13,147 nt of DNA from positions 1 to 13,147 of the forward strand of contig JBFMCE010000100.1 in assembly GCA_040754655.1 (NCBI GenBank), in the 5' to 3' direction. This DNA is from Bdellovibrionota bacterium. Lineage in GTDB: Bacteria; Bdellovibrionota; UBA1018; UBA923. The translations under genes and the position numbers were made by a program. The notes beneath the pieces were generated by a model. That model was not told the origin of the DNA. It saw only the letters and a list, made by a program, of their open reading frames with translations, and did no database searches. Below, one piece after another: positions 1 through 7,062 of this stretch. Position 1 is the stretch's first letter. Each line of letters opens with the position of its first letter.

Positions 1-2
1 AA

Positions 3-1160
3 TTTGAGCAGGTCTCGAAATCATTCTCACCCCATAAGGTTGTCGTCAAAGATCTCTCTTTTACGGTCAAACAAGGCGAATTTTTTTCTATCCTGGGGCC
101 TAGCGGATGCGGCAAGACCACCTGCCTTCGCATGATCAGCGGTCTCGAGAAGCCCTCTAACGGCACCATTCGAATGGCCGGCCAAATCGTCAATGACGTC
201 CATCCGCACAAGCGCAATGTGCACACTGTTTTCCAAAAATACGCGCTCTTCCCCCACTTGAATGTCTTTGACAACGTCGCCTTCGGGTTGAGAATGAAGC
301 GCAAACCCGAAAAGGAAGTGAAAAGGCAAGTGGAACGCATGCTCCAAATGGTGCGATTAGAAGACTACGGCCTTCGCTCCATCCAACAGCTCTCAGGCGG
401 CGAGCAACAACGGGTGGCCCTGGTGCGGGCTCTGGTGAATGAACCAGCGATCTTGCTGCTCGACGAACCGCTTGCAGCCCTTGACTTGAAGCTCAGGGAA
501 CAAATGCAGCAAGAGCTGAGCATGCTCCAAAAACGATTGGGAACAACCTTCATCTTTGTAACCCACGATCAAGCTGAAGCGCTGACTCTCTCAGACCGGG
601 TCGCGATCATGAATAACGGGCAGATTGAACAGGTAGGAACCGCCACTGAGGTCTACGAACAACCTTCAACGGCTTTTGTTGCAAAGTTCGTTGGAACGAG
701 CAACCTCTTTACCGGTACTTTAGGGAATGGGACCAGGCACCCTGTCTTTACGGTGAACTCACAAGGCTATGGACAGCTTTACACCAAACTAGACGAATCC
801 AAGGGGCCTCATCAACCTCAATTAGGCTCTTCGGTTGGACTGATCGTGAGGCCCGAAAAAATCCGCATTCGAGTGACAGCTCCCTCAAGTCCTGCGTCTC
901 CGGCTTCACAGAGCGTGGGTCTTGAAACAACTCCTCCGACCTCTTCCGGATCCGCATTGAATGTGCTGCGCGGCACTTTGATCGAACGGACTTATTTCGG
1001 TCCAACGACCCAAATCAAGCTTCAGATCGCGGAACAGCTCCCTCCTCTGATAGCGCTCGTAGCAAACCAAACAGCAACCAAGATGCCTGCTTTGAAAATG
1101 GGCGAGAAGTATTATGCTGTTTGGGATGCCAGCGACAGCATCTTGGTTACAACGACGTAA
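3..1160 (+). CDS. potA: Spermidine/putrescine ABC transporter ATP-binding subunit (5'-partial; true start lies before the window)
   Basis: The frame of ORF 132..1160 is open back to nt 3 (FEQVSKSF...GEFFSILGPSGCGKTTCLRMISG) and contains Walker A GPSGCGKT. Also VFQKYALFPHL Q-loop, LSGGEQQR signature, LLLDEP Walker B, VTHDQAEAL H-loop and a TOBE-like C-terminus. First gene of an ATPase-permease-permease-binding protein cluster. Confidence 0.93.
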   Translation, partial: FEQVSKSFSPHKVVVKDLSFTVKQGEFFSILGPSGCGKTTCLRMISGLEKPSNGTIRMAGQIVNDVHPHKRNVHTVFQKYALFPHLNVFDNVAFGLRMKRKPEKEVKRQVERMLQMVRLEDYGLRSIQQLSGGEQQRVALVRALVNEPAILLLDEPLAALDLKLREQMQQELSMLQKRLGTTFIFVTHDQAEALTLSDRVAIMNNGQIEQVGTATEVYEQPSTAFVAKFVGTSNLFTGTLGNGTRHPVFTVNSQGYGQLYTKLDESKGPHQPQLGSSVGLIVRPEKIRIRVTAPSSPASPASQSVGLETTPPTSSGSALNVLRGTLIERTYFGPTTQIKLQIAEQLPPLIALVANQTATKMPALKMGEKYYAVWDASDSILVTTT

Positions 1161-1164
1161 CGAT

Positions 1165-2037
1165 ATGGAAAAAGCCTTAATATCCCTGAGTCATAAGAAG
1201 TTTCCACGAAGCATTTTGCCTAGCCTTGTCTGGTTTGTTTTTTTCCTGGTAGTGCCGCTGGGAATCGTCTTGATCTACAGCTTTCTGCAAAAGGGAAACT
1301 ATGGTCGTATTGAATACGTTTTCAACCTTGGCAACTACGGCAGGGTGTTTGAGCCGATTTATCTTAAAATCGTAGGACGCTCGTTGGGATTGGCTCTTTA
1401 CACCACTTTACTCTGTCTGCTGCTCGCCTATCCCCTGGCCTATTATATGGCCAGATCATCCAAGAAGATGAAGAGACTTTTGCTTGCATTAGTGATCGTG
1501 CCTTTTTGGACGAACTTCGTAATCAGGGTTTATGCGCTAAAGCTTGCCATTGGAGAAACGGGGCTCATCAATCGAATCCTGCTCGAACTCAATCTCATCT
1601 CAAGCGCCCTGCAAATGACCGACAACCAAATCGGCGTAGGCATTGGAATGGTGTACAACTACCTACCCTTCATGGTGCTGCCTCTTTTTGTATCGCTTGA
1701 GAAATTCGACTTCACCCTTATGGATGCTGCTTATGATCTTGGGGCCAATCGGCTGCAGGTAGCGCTTAAAGTCCTCTTCCCTCTAAGCCTGCCTGGGATC
1801 GTGACCGGAAGTTTGTTTGTGTTCGTGCCAGCATTCGGGGAATTCGTGATTCCTGACCTGCTTGGTGGCTCACAAGCGATGTATATCGGCAATCTCATCA
1901 CCGAGACCTTCTTGAAGTCACGCGACTGGCCATTTGGCAGTGCTCTAAGCGCCTTTCTCGTCTTGTTCGCAATGGGCGCCTTCGTAGTCGTTTTATCGAA
2001 ATCGGTGCGCGAAGAGGAACGGGCTCATGGCTTCTAA
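1165..2037 (+). CDS. potB: Spermidine/putrescine ABC transporter permease PotB
   Basis: Hydrophobic multi-TM protein with PFWTNFVIRVYA, YNYLPFMVLPL, EAA-like DAAYDLGA, PDLLGG and RDWPFGSALS motifs. Start placed at ATG 1165 (4 nt after the potA stop) instead of 1114, which would overlap potA by 47 nt. Confidence 0.9.
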   Translation: MEKALISLSHKKFPRSILPSLVWFVFFLVVPLGIVLIYSFLQKGNYGRIEYVFNLGNYGRVFEPIYLKIVGRSLGLALYTTLLCLLLAYPLAYYMARSSKKMKRLLLALVIVPFWTNFVIRVYALKLAIGETGLINRILLELNLISSALQMTDNQIGVGIGMVYNYLPFMVLPLFVSLEKFDFTLMDAAYDLGANRLQVALKVLFPLSLPGIVTGSLFVFVPAFGEFVIPDLLGGSQAMYIGNLITETFLKSRDWPFGSALSAFLVLFAMGAFVVVLSKSVREEERAHGF

Positions 2038-2779
2038 GAAAAGACCTCTTCTGCTTGTTTATTCCGTTCTCTTGTTCTCTTTGCTCTACTTGCCATTAGC
2101 GATACTCAGCGTGACCTCCTTTCAAGGCGGCCCGACCTACTGGCATTGGTATGAACGCGCATTCAGCCAGCCCGAGCTGCTGATTTCGCTCAGGAACAGT
2201 TTGCTGATTGGCTTAGGCACCACTCTACTTTCTACGACCCTGGGCACTCTTGCCGCATTGGGGCTGCGCAGGGGAAATTTTACCGGGAGAGTGGCCTTTG
2301 AATCACTTTTGAATTTACCCTTGGTTCTGCCTGAAATTGTCATGGGGCTTTCAATGCTCGTGTGGTTCGTATTCCTGAATATCACACTGGGCCTCTTTTC
2401 AGTCGTCTTGGCTCACACGACCTTCACCGTATCTTATGTAACCTTGATCATCCTAGCGCGCTTAAAGGGCATGGATCCCTTGTTAGAAGAAGCCGCGGCC
2501 GACTTGGGCGCGAACCGGTGGAGGATTTTCTGGAAAGTCACCTTCCCGCTGCTCTTGCCAGCGATCGTAAGCGGGGCGCTTTTGAGTTTTACTTTGTCGT
2601 TTGACGATTTTTTGCTGACTTTCTTCACGGCCGGGGTCGGAAGCGATACCCTTCCGCTTCGCATCTATTCTATGATGCGCTTCGGGATAAGCCCAGAGAT
2701 GAACGCCATCTCAGCTTCGGTCCTTTTTCTGACGTTGGCTGCAGTCGCTATTTTGTTCAGGCTGCGGCGAGACTCATGA
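2027..2779 (+). CDS. potC: Spermidine/putrescine ABC transporter permease PotC
   Basis: LYLPL, PEIVMG, EAA loop EEAAADLGA, FTLSFDDF, TLPLRIYSM and ISPEMNA motifs. Overlaps potB by 11 nt; GAGGA Shine-Dalgarno upstream. Confidence 0.92.
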   Translation: MASKKRPLLLVYSVLLFSLLYLPLAILSVTSFQGGPTYWHWYERAFSQPELLISLRNSLLIGLGTTLLSTTLGTLAALGLRRGNFTGRVAFESLLNLPLVLPEIVMGLSMLVWFVFLNITLGLFSVVLAHTTFTVSYVTLIILARLKGMDPLLEEAAADLGANRWRIFWKVTFPLLLPAIVSGALLSFTLSFDDFLLTFFTAGVGSDTLPLRIYSMMRFGISPEMNAISASVLFLTLAAVAILFRLRRDS

Positions 2780-2836
2780 AAGGCTTGATTTCGGGGAAGC
2801 CATCTCATAAATAAGCCACTCACTTTTCTCGAGGAA

Positions 2837-3928
2837 ATGAATTGTATGCGTTTTCAACTTTTGTTTGGCTTGGCGGCGTGTTTGCTCACTCTCTTGAGCA
2901 GTTGCACCAAGAAAGAGCAGAGCCCTTCGCCCACCAGCGACGAGCCCGCTGTTTCATCGACGGCTCCCAGGGTTTTGAACATCTATTCCTGGTCAAATTA
3001 CATCGCCCCTCAGGTCATTGCGCAATTTGAGAAGGCTACGAACTCAAAGGTTGTTTTCAACTATTTCTCATCCAATGAAGAGTTGCTGGCAAAGCTCCAA
3101 GCAGGCGCTAGAGGATATGACCTGATCGTGCCTTCGGGGTATTTGATCAAGGCTTTGCGCGAGCTGGATCTTATCGAGCCATTGGGAAGCTTAGATTGGC
3201 CTGAGCTCAAGAACTTGGCTCGGCGTTTTCAAAAACCCGTCTTTGACCCTAAGCATGAATATACGATCCCTTACTCTTGGGGCACGACGGGCATTGCCGT
3301 GAATCGAGCCAGGATCAAAGACAAGGTCGATTCCTGGGCGTGGGTTTTTGATCATCCTGAACTCAAGGGGCAAGTCACGATGCTGGATGACGCCCCCACC
3401 GTGGTTGGCGCGGCCCTAAAGTATCTAGGATATTCTTATAACGAAGAAAGGGTGGAAGCCTTGGCCAAGGCAAAGGCGCTGCTGATACGCCAGAAAAAGA
3501 TTTTGAAGGCCTATACACCTGAATCGCAACCCGTTTTGGCGTCAGGCGAGTTTGCGATCGCTCAAGCCTATTCAGGGGATGTTCTTCAGGTGAAGAACCG
3601 AAACAACCCCAACATCGAGTATGTGCTTCCCAAAGAGGGAGGCGAGGTTTTCGTGGATTTGCTGGCGATTCCCAAAGGAGCCCCATCGATAAGCCTTGCA
3701 AAAGAGTTCATGAGGTTTACCTTGCGGCAAGACATCGCCGTTTCTCAAGTACAGCACCTGTTTTTCAGCCCAGTGTTGAATCTCAAGGACGCCGAACTTG
3801 GTGCGCTCTCTAAAGAGCGCTCTGTCTTTCCGACCGAAGGGCAGCTCAGCAAGTTCGAAATGATCACCGACAATCCGAAGAGACTCGAAGCGGTTCAGCA
3901 AATCTGGACTGAGCTCAAGTCGATGTGA
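2837..3928 (+). CDS. potD: Polyamine ABC transporter substrate-binding lipoprotein (PotD/PotF family)
   Basis: GAGGA just upstream (ATG 2846 is an alternative start); lipobox LLSSC; LNIYSWSNYI, FSSNEELLAKL, GYDLIVPSGY, PYSWGTTGI, AYSGD and YVLPKEGG motifs. Confidence 0.9.
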   Translation: MNCMRFQLLFGLAACLLTLLSSCTKKEQSPSPTSDEPAVSSTAPRVLNIYSWSNYIAPQVIAQFEKATNSKVVFNYFSSNEELLAKLQAGARGYDLIVPSGYLIKALRELDLIEPLGSLDWPELKNLARRFQKPVFDPKHEYTIPYSWGTTGIAVNRARIKDKVDSWAWVFDHPELKGQVTMLDDAPTVVGAALKYLGYSYNEERVEALAKAKALLIRQKKILKAYTPESQPVLASGEFAIAQAYSGDVLQVKNRNNPNIEYVLPKEGGEVFVDLLAIPKGAPSISLAKEFMRFTLRQDIAVSQVQHLFFSPVLNLKDAELGALSKERSVFPTEGQLSKFEMITDNPKRLEAVQQIWTELKSM

Positions 3929-3941
3929 TGGGCTAGTATCC

Positions 3942-3987
3942 CGTCCCTCGAACTCGCGCCCACCAGGGACGCCTGTACACCCTTTTT
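3942..3987 (+). terminator. Possible weak terminator or hairpin after potD
   Basis: CGTCCCT (3942-3948) and AGGGACG (3965-3971) form an inverted repeat. The loop is long (16 nt) and the T-run (3983-3987) is displaced from the stem. Confidence 0.3.
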
Positions 3988-4087
3988 ACACCTGCCATGC
4001 CCCTTGACATGAAAGAAATACTCGATTTTCATCTCAAAAAGTATTAATAGAATCAATTCATAAATGATTTCAGTTTATTAAAAAAAC

Positions 4088-4103
4088 TGGCACAGTGGCT
4101 GCA
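4088..4103 (+). promoter_or_regulatory. Sigma54 (-24/-12) promoter for the 4146 lipoprotein gene
   Basis: TGGCACAGTGGCTGCA versus consensus TGGCACG-N4-TTGCW, with GG and GC exactly spaced. Lies 42 nt before the ATG, after a very AT-rich tract. Confidence 0.75.
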
Positions 4104-4145
4104 CTAGGGCACCACGAACAAATTGAAGTGCTTTGGAGTTAAGTT

Positions 4146-4661
4146 ATGAAGAAGCTGTTTTTATTAGTAGCAATGACCGCAATAACAAGCGCGGTGCTGT
4201 TGAGTGGATGCGGATCTGAAGAAGAAAACCCGAATCCTAACGGAACGCCCGGCGCTCCCGGCGCCCCTGGATACCAGTCGGTTCCGATGCAAAACTACTA
4301 CGACCATACAACGGGCCAATACCGATACGGATGCCCTCCGGGCGGAACGCCAAACGGTGATGGTGCAACCTGTACCGTACCCAACGGGGCTTATACGCCT
4401 CCAACAGGCTACGGCCAATCCTGCGCTGGCGGCCAGATGGCAACCACAGGAGCATGCATCTATGCAGGCATGGCGCAACACACCCAACCTGGTTATGCAG
4501 GACAATGCATTTATTACACGAATCTCGTAGGCTTCGGAACGCAGTGGAACCTGGTCGGTGGCTGGGCTTGTTACTACACGGTCGGCGCTCCCACGTACAA
4601 CGTCCCTCGTGGGTGCTTTTTGGCTGCGAGCTGGTACGGCTGGGTATACCGCTGTCAATAA
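4146..4661 (+). CDS. Hypothetical Cys/Gly/Tyr/Pro-rich lipoprotein, 171 aa
   Basis: GGAG RBS; signal peptide MKKLFLLVAMTAITSAVLLSG-C with a clear lipobox; Pro/Gly linker; 8 further Cys; own promoter upstream. Confidence 0.85.
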   Translation: MKKLFLLVAMTAITSAVLLSGCGSEEENPNPNGTPGAPGAPGYQSVPMQNYYDHTTGQYRYGCPPGGTPNGDGATCTVPNGAYTPPTGYGQSCAGGQMATTGACIYAGMAQHTQPGYAGQCIYYTNLVGFGTQWNLVGGWACYYTVGAPTYNVPRGCFLAASWYGWVYRCQ

Positions 4662-4753
4662 GATCTAAGAAATTTAAATAAGTTTGAACCAGAGAGATTC
4701 ATCAAGTGTCCTGTCCCCAACTACTCCTCTCTCTCTACAATGAAGCGAGATCT

Positions 4754-5557
4754 CTAGGAATTGAGGTCTCGCTTCACCAATTCCACGTAATAAATCGGAA
4801 GATTCTCTTTAATAAAAAGTCTTTCGAAGTTCGATTGTGCCTCAACAAACATCGCCTCAATCGGCCTCGACTCTTTCCAAAAATCGATGGAATACCGCTT
4901 CAATTCAAAAGACTGTTGAGCGGCCACACTTGCTTCCGGTAGTTGTTCGCTTTCAAGCCTACGCACCTTCATCTGGCGCGCGCGTTTGCTCTTTTCCTGA
5001 GGGTTTTCATGGTCGTAGGCCGGAAGGTTCGGCTGTTGAACTCCAAAGAGCGCAAAAATCCACTGAAAGTATCCTGGGTGATCAGTCTTAAAAAACACCT
5101 TTGCGCCGGGCTTCATGATTTTGAATAAAGATTCCAGGAACTCTGGTCGTATCAGCCGGTGCTTGAGTTGTGACTTTTTAGCCCAGGGATCAGGAAAAAA
5201 AATCCAGACCTCATCAACCTCAGCCAAACCAAATGCCTGCTCGATAAGTTCCGCCCGGTTTCGCAGCAGCGCTATATTTTTAAGCTTCTCGGAATCAGCG
5301 CGTCTTGCAGCCTTGTAAATCGATTTGAATTTCCAATCGACTCCAACAAAGCCCACATCAGGGTTCTCTTTCGCGGCTTGGCAGAGCAAGGTGCCTATAG
5401 AGCAACCAATTTCCAAGACAACTCGTGAAGGACGAGCTCCCATGCGGGTGAGGAAGAATTCTTCCCACCCGCCACGGAACTGAAAACCATCTTCATTATT
5501 GAAGGCGAAAGAAGCAAAATTTTGAAGACGAGCAGCGTAAGGATTTTCTAAGGCCAT
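4754..5557 (-). CDS. trmB: tRNA (guanine-N7)-methyltransferase TrmB
   Basis: VLEIGCSIG SAM-binding motif, diagnostic FFPDPWAKKSQLKHRL, FKTDHPGYF and C-terminal SNFERLF. Confidence 0.88.
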   Translation of the reverse strand: MALENPYAARLQNFASFAFNNEDGFQFRGGWEEFFLTRMGARPSRVVLEIGCSIGTLLCQAAKENPDVGFVGVDWKFKSIYKAARRADSEKLKNIALLRNRAELIEQAFGLAEVDEVWIFFPDPWAKKSQLKHRLIRPEFLESLFKIMKPGAKVFFKTDHPGYFQWIFALFGVQQPNLPAYDHENPQEKSKRARQMKVRRLESEQLPEASVAAQQSFELKRYSIDFWKESRPIEAMFVEAQSNFERLFIKENLPIYYVELVKRDLNS

Positions 5558-5593
5558 ACTTCAAATCACTTAACGCGAACCCACTTCACTTGG

Positions 5594-5749
5594 TTACTTC
5601 TTTTTTGGAAGGATTTTGTACATGCCAGTCCCACAGACTGAACACTTTCCCTGAAGGGCGTCACGGCCATTTTTCATGGTCACGGTTTGAGAATCTTTCA
5701 TCGGTTGTTTCGCTTTGCATTTCACGCAATAAGCGATCTCGTCAGACAT
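5594..5749 (-). CDS. Small basic zinc-ribbon protein, DUF5679-like, 51 aa (not in the supplied ORF track)
   Basis: Manual translation: MSDEIAYCVKCKAKQPMKDSQTVTMKNGRDALQGKCSVCGTGMYKILPKKK*. Two CxxC pairs; strong SD GAGGAGG at 5755-5761. The AYCVKCK...MKNGR...G.C..CGT.M pattern matches my recollection of DUF5679. Confidence 0.88.
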   Translation of the reverse strand: MSDEIAYCVKCKAKQPMKDSQTVTMKNGRDALQGKCSVCGTGMYKILPKKK

Positions 5750-5851
5750 GCGACCTCCTCGATTAGTCTTTGCTGCTTATCTACACTTGAGCCTAAAGGC
5801 ACAAGCGGTCATATTGCAATAGGTTTTGATCGACTATCCTTTAGTTATCTT

Positions 5852-5894
5852 AAAAAAGCAATCGGGCATCTGGTGGGACGCCAGATGCCCGATT
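5852..5894 (-). terminator. Intrinsic terminator of the flagellin transcript
   Basis: Perfect 14-bp inverted repeat AATCGGGCATCTGG (5860-5873) / CCAGATGCCCGATT (5881-5894), 7-nt loop, followed on the minus strand by GCTTTTTT. About 100 nt downstream of the flagellin stop. Confidence 0.85.
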
Positions 5895-5993
5895 TTCGTT
5901 TCTTTCAATTGGGAGAAGAAGCGTTTTTGGGTTGGGACTAACCTTTACGCAACCTCTTATTCCAAAAGGACTTCGACTACAGTTTCAAAAACA

Positions 5994-6827
5994 CTAGCTT
6001 AACAGTTTAAGCGCGAGCAAGTTGTTCGAATTTGCTTGAGCAAGCATTGCAGTACCTGATTGAGCCAAGATGTTCTTCTTGGTCAATTCAGAAGATTCCC
6101 AAGCAACATCGACGTCGCGAATACGGCTGTTTGCTGCCGACAAGTTTTCATCTGCGATCATCAAGTTGTTGATCGTTGATTGCAACCTGTTTTGCAAAGC
6201 ACCGAAATCCGCGCGGTTGTCGTTGACCATTCTGATGGCATCGTCAATTGTGTTGAGGTTAATTTGTGCCGACTCTTTCGTAAGCACGTTCATACCCTGC
6301 AACTTCAATTTTGTCGTCGTAACATCCGCCTTAGACGTATCGTAGGTCAAACGATCAAGCTCTGCGTTGTTGCGGGTACCGACTTGGAATTCAAGCTTTT
6401 CGCCGACGCCATTGAGCAAGCTTCTGCCGTTAAACTGCGTCACTTCAGCGATACGTTGAACTTCTTGAACAAGGTTTTCAACTTCCTTGTTCGTGAAGCT
6501 TCTTTCAACGTCGCCCACAGTATCAGTAGCGGCTTGCATTGACAGTTCTCTTAAGCGGATCAAGATGTTTTGGATTTCACTCAAACCGCCTTCAGCAGTT
6601 TGAATGAGCGAGATACCGTCGTTTGCGTTGCGGTTTGCTTGACGCAAGCTTCTGATTTCAGCTTTCAATTTTTCTGAAATCGCCAGACCTGCAGCGTCGT
6701 CTCCTGCTCGAACAATACGTTCACCAGCAGACAACTTGTCTAATGAACGGTTTTGACCTTCACGTGTTTGAACCAAACTTCTTTGTGCAGCTAAACTCTG
6801 CACGTTTGTAGCTATCCGGAAACTCAT
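5994..6827 (-). CDS. fliC: Flagellin, short D0/D1-only type, 277 aa
   Basis: RIATNVQSL, LSAGERIVRAGDDAAGLAISEKL, NANDGISLIQTAEGGL, RADFGALQNRL, ENLSAANSRIRDVD and NILAQSGTAMLAQAN; SD GGAGG. Confidence 0.97.
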   Translation of the reverse strand: MSFRIATNVQSLAAQRSLVQTREGQNRSLDKLSAGERIVRAGDDAAGLAISEKLKAEIRSLRQANRNANDGISLIQTAEGGLSEIQNILIRLRELSMQAATDTVGDVERSFTNKEVENLVQEVQRIAEVTQFNGRSLLNGVGEKLEFQVGTRNNAELDRLTYDTSKADVTTTKLKLQGMNVLTKESAQINLNTIDDAIRMVNDNRADFGALQNRLQSTINNLMIADENLSAANSRIRDVDVAWESSELTKKNILAQSGTAMLAQANSNNLLALKLLS

Positions 6828-6830
6828 ACC

Positions 6831-6913
6831 CTATCCTCCGTATTCGTAGGCGTTACTCTCTTCCAGGTTGAGTATGGTTTTCGGCTATCCGTGCCAGACC
6901 GATTACTCGGTCC
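6831..6913 (-). promoter_or_regulatory. Structured flagellin 5' leader with putative CsrA sites
   Basis: On the minus strand: hairpin GACCGA-GUAA-UCGGUC (6897-6912), then GGC-ACGGAUA-GCC (6883-6895) with GGA in the loop, and a second ACGGAGGA overlapping the SD. Confidence 0.6.
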
Positions 6914-6936
6914 AAACCTTATTACTGTTGCCCAAT

Positions 6937-6964
6937 GGATCGGGTATCTGAGAAAAAGACTTTA
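6937..6964 (-). promoter_or_regulatory. Sigma28 (FliA/SigD)-type promoter of flagellin
   Basis: Minus strand TAAA-N16-CCCGATCC versus TAAA-N15/16-GCCGATAA, with extended -35 TAAAGTCT and an AT-rich upstream tract. About 110 nt before the ATG. Confidence 0.72.
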
Positions 6965-7005
6965 AATTATTTTTTAATAACTGACTGAAATTACAGGTAT
7001 TTTGT

Positions 7006-7030
7006 TGACTAAATTAGTCAGTAAATGACT
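7006..7030. promoter_or_regulatory. Overlapping palindromes, candidate protein-binding site
   Basis: TGACTAA-A-TTAGTCA (7006-7020) is a perfect palindrome, overlapped by AGTCA-GTAAA-TGACT (7016-7030). Confidence 0.45.
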
Positions 7031-7062
7031 TCTATACCGTGTTTCTAAAACTACCTTTGTTG

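Noticed and set aside
4004..4032. TTGACA as a sigma70 -35 element
   Set aside because: The hexamer at 17-bp spacing is TTTCAT, lacking the conserved A; the sigma54 box fits better.
4164..4681. Alternative ORFs overlapping the 4146 lipoprotein (164 aa minus; 108 and 75 aa plus)
   Set aside because: Only the 4146 frame has an RBS, signal peptide and lipobox.
5860..5894. GTGGGACGC as part of a c-di-GMP-I riboswitch
   Set aside because: Lacks the GGCAAAC...GAAA and following CAAAGC elements; the word is the loop of a perfect terminator stem.
5687..5941. 84-aa plus-strand ORF
   Set aside because: Antisense to the zinc-ribbon gene, crosses the terminator, TTG start, no recognisable motif.
6881..6896. 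TGGCACG on the minus strand upstream of flagellin as a sigma54 -24 box
   Set aside because: Reads TGGCACGGATAGCCGA with no GC at -12. Better explained as the GGA-loop hairpin, and a sigma28 promoter is present.
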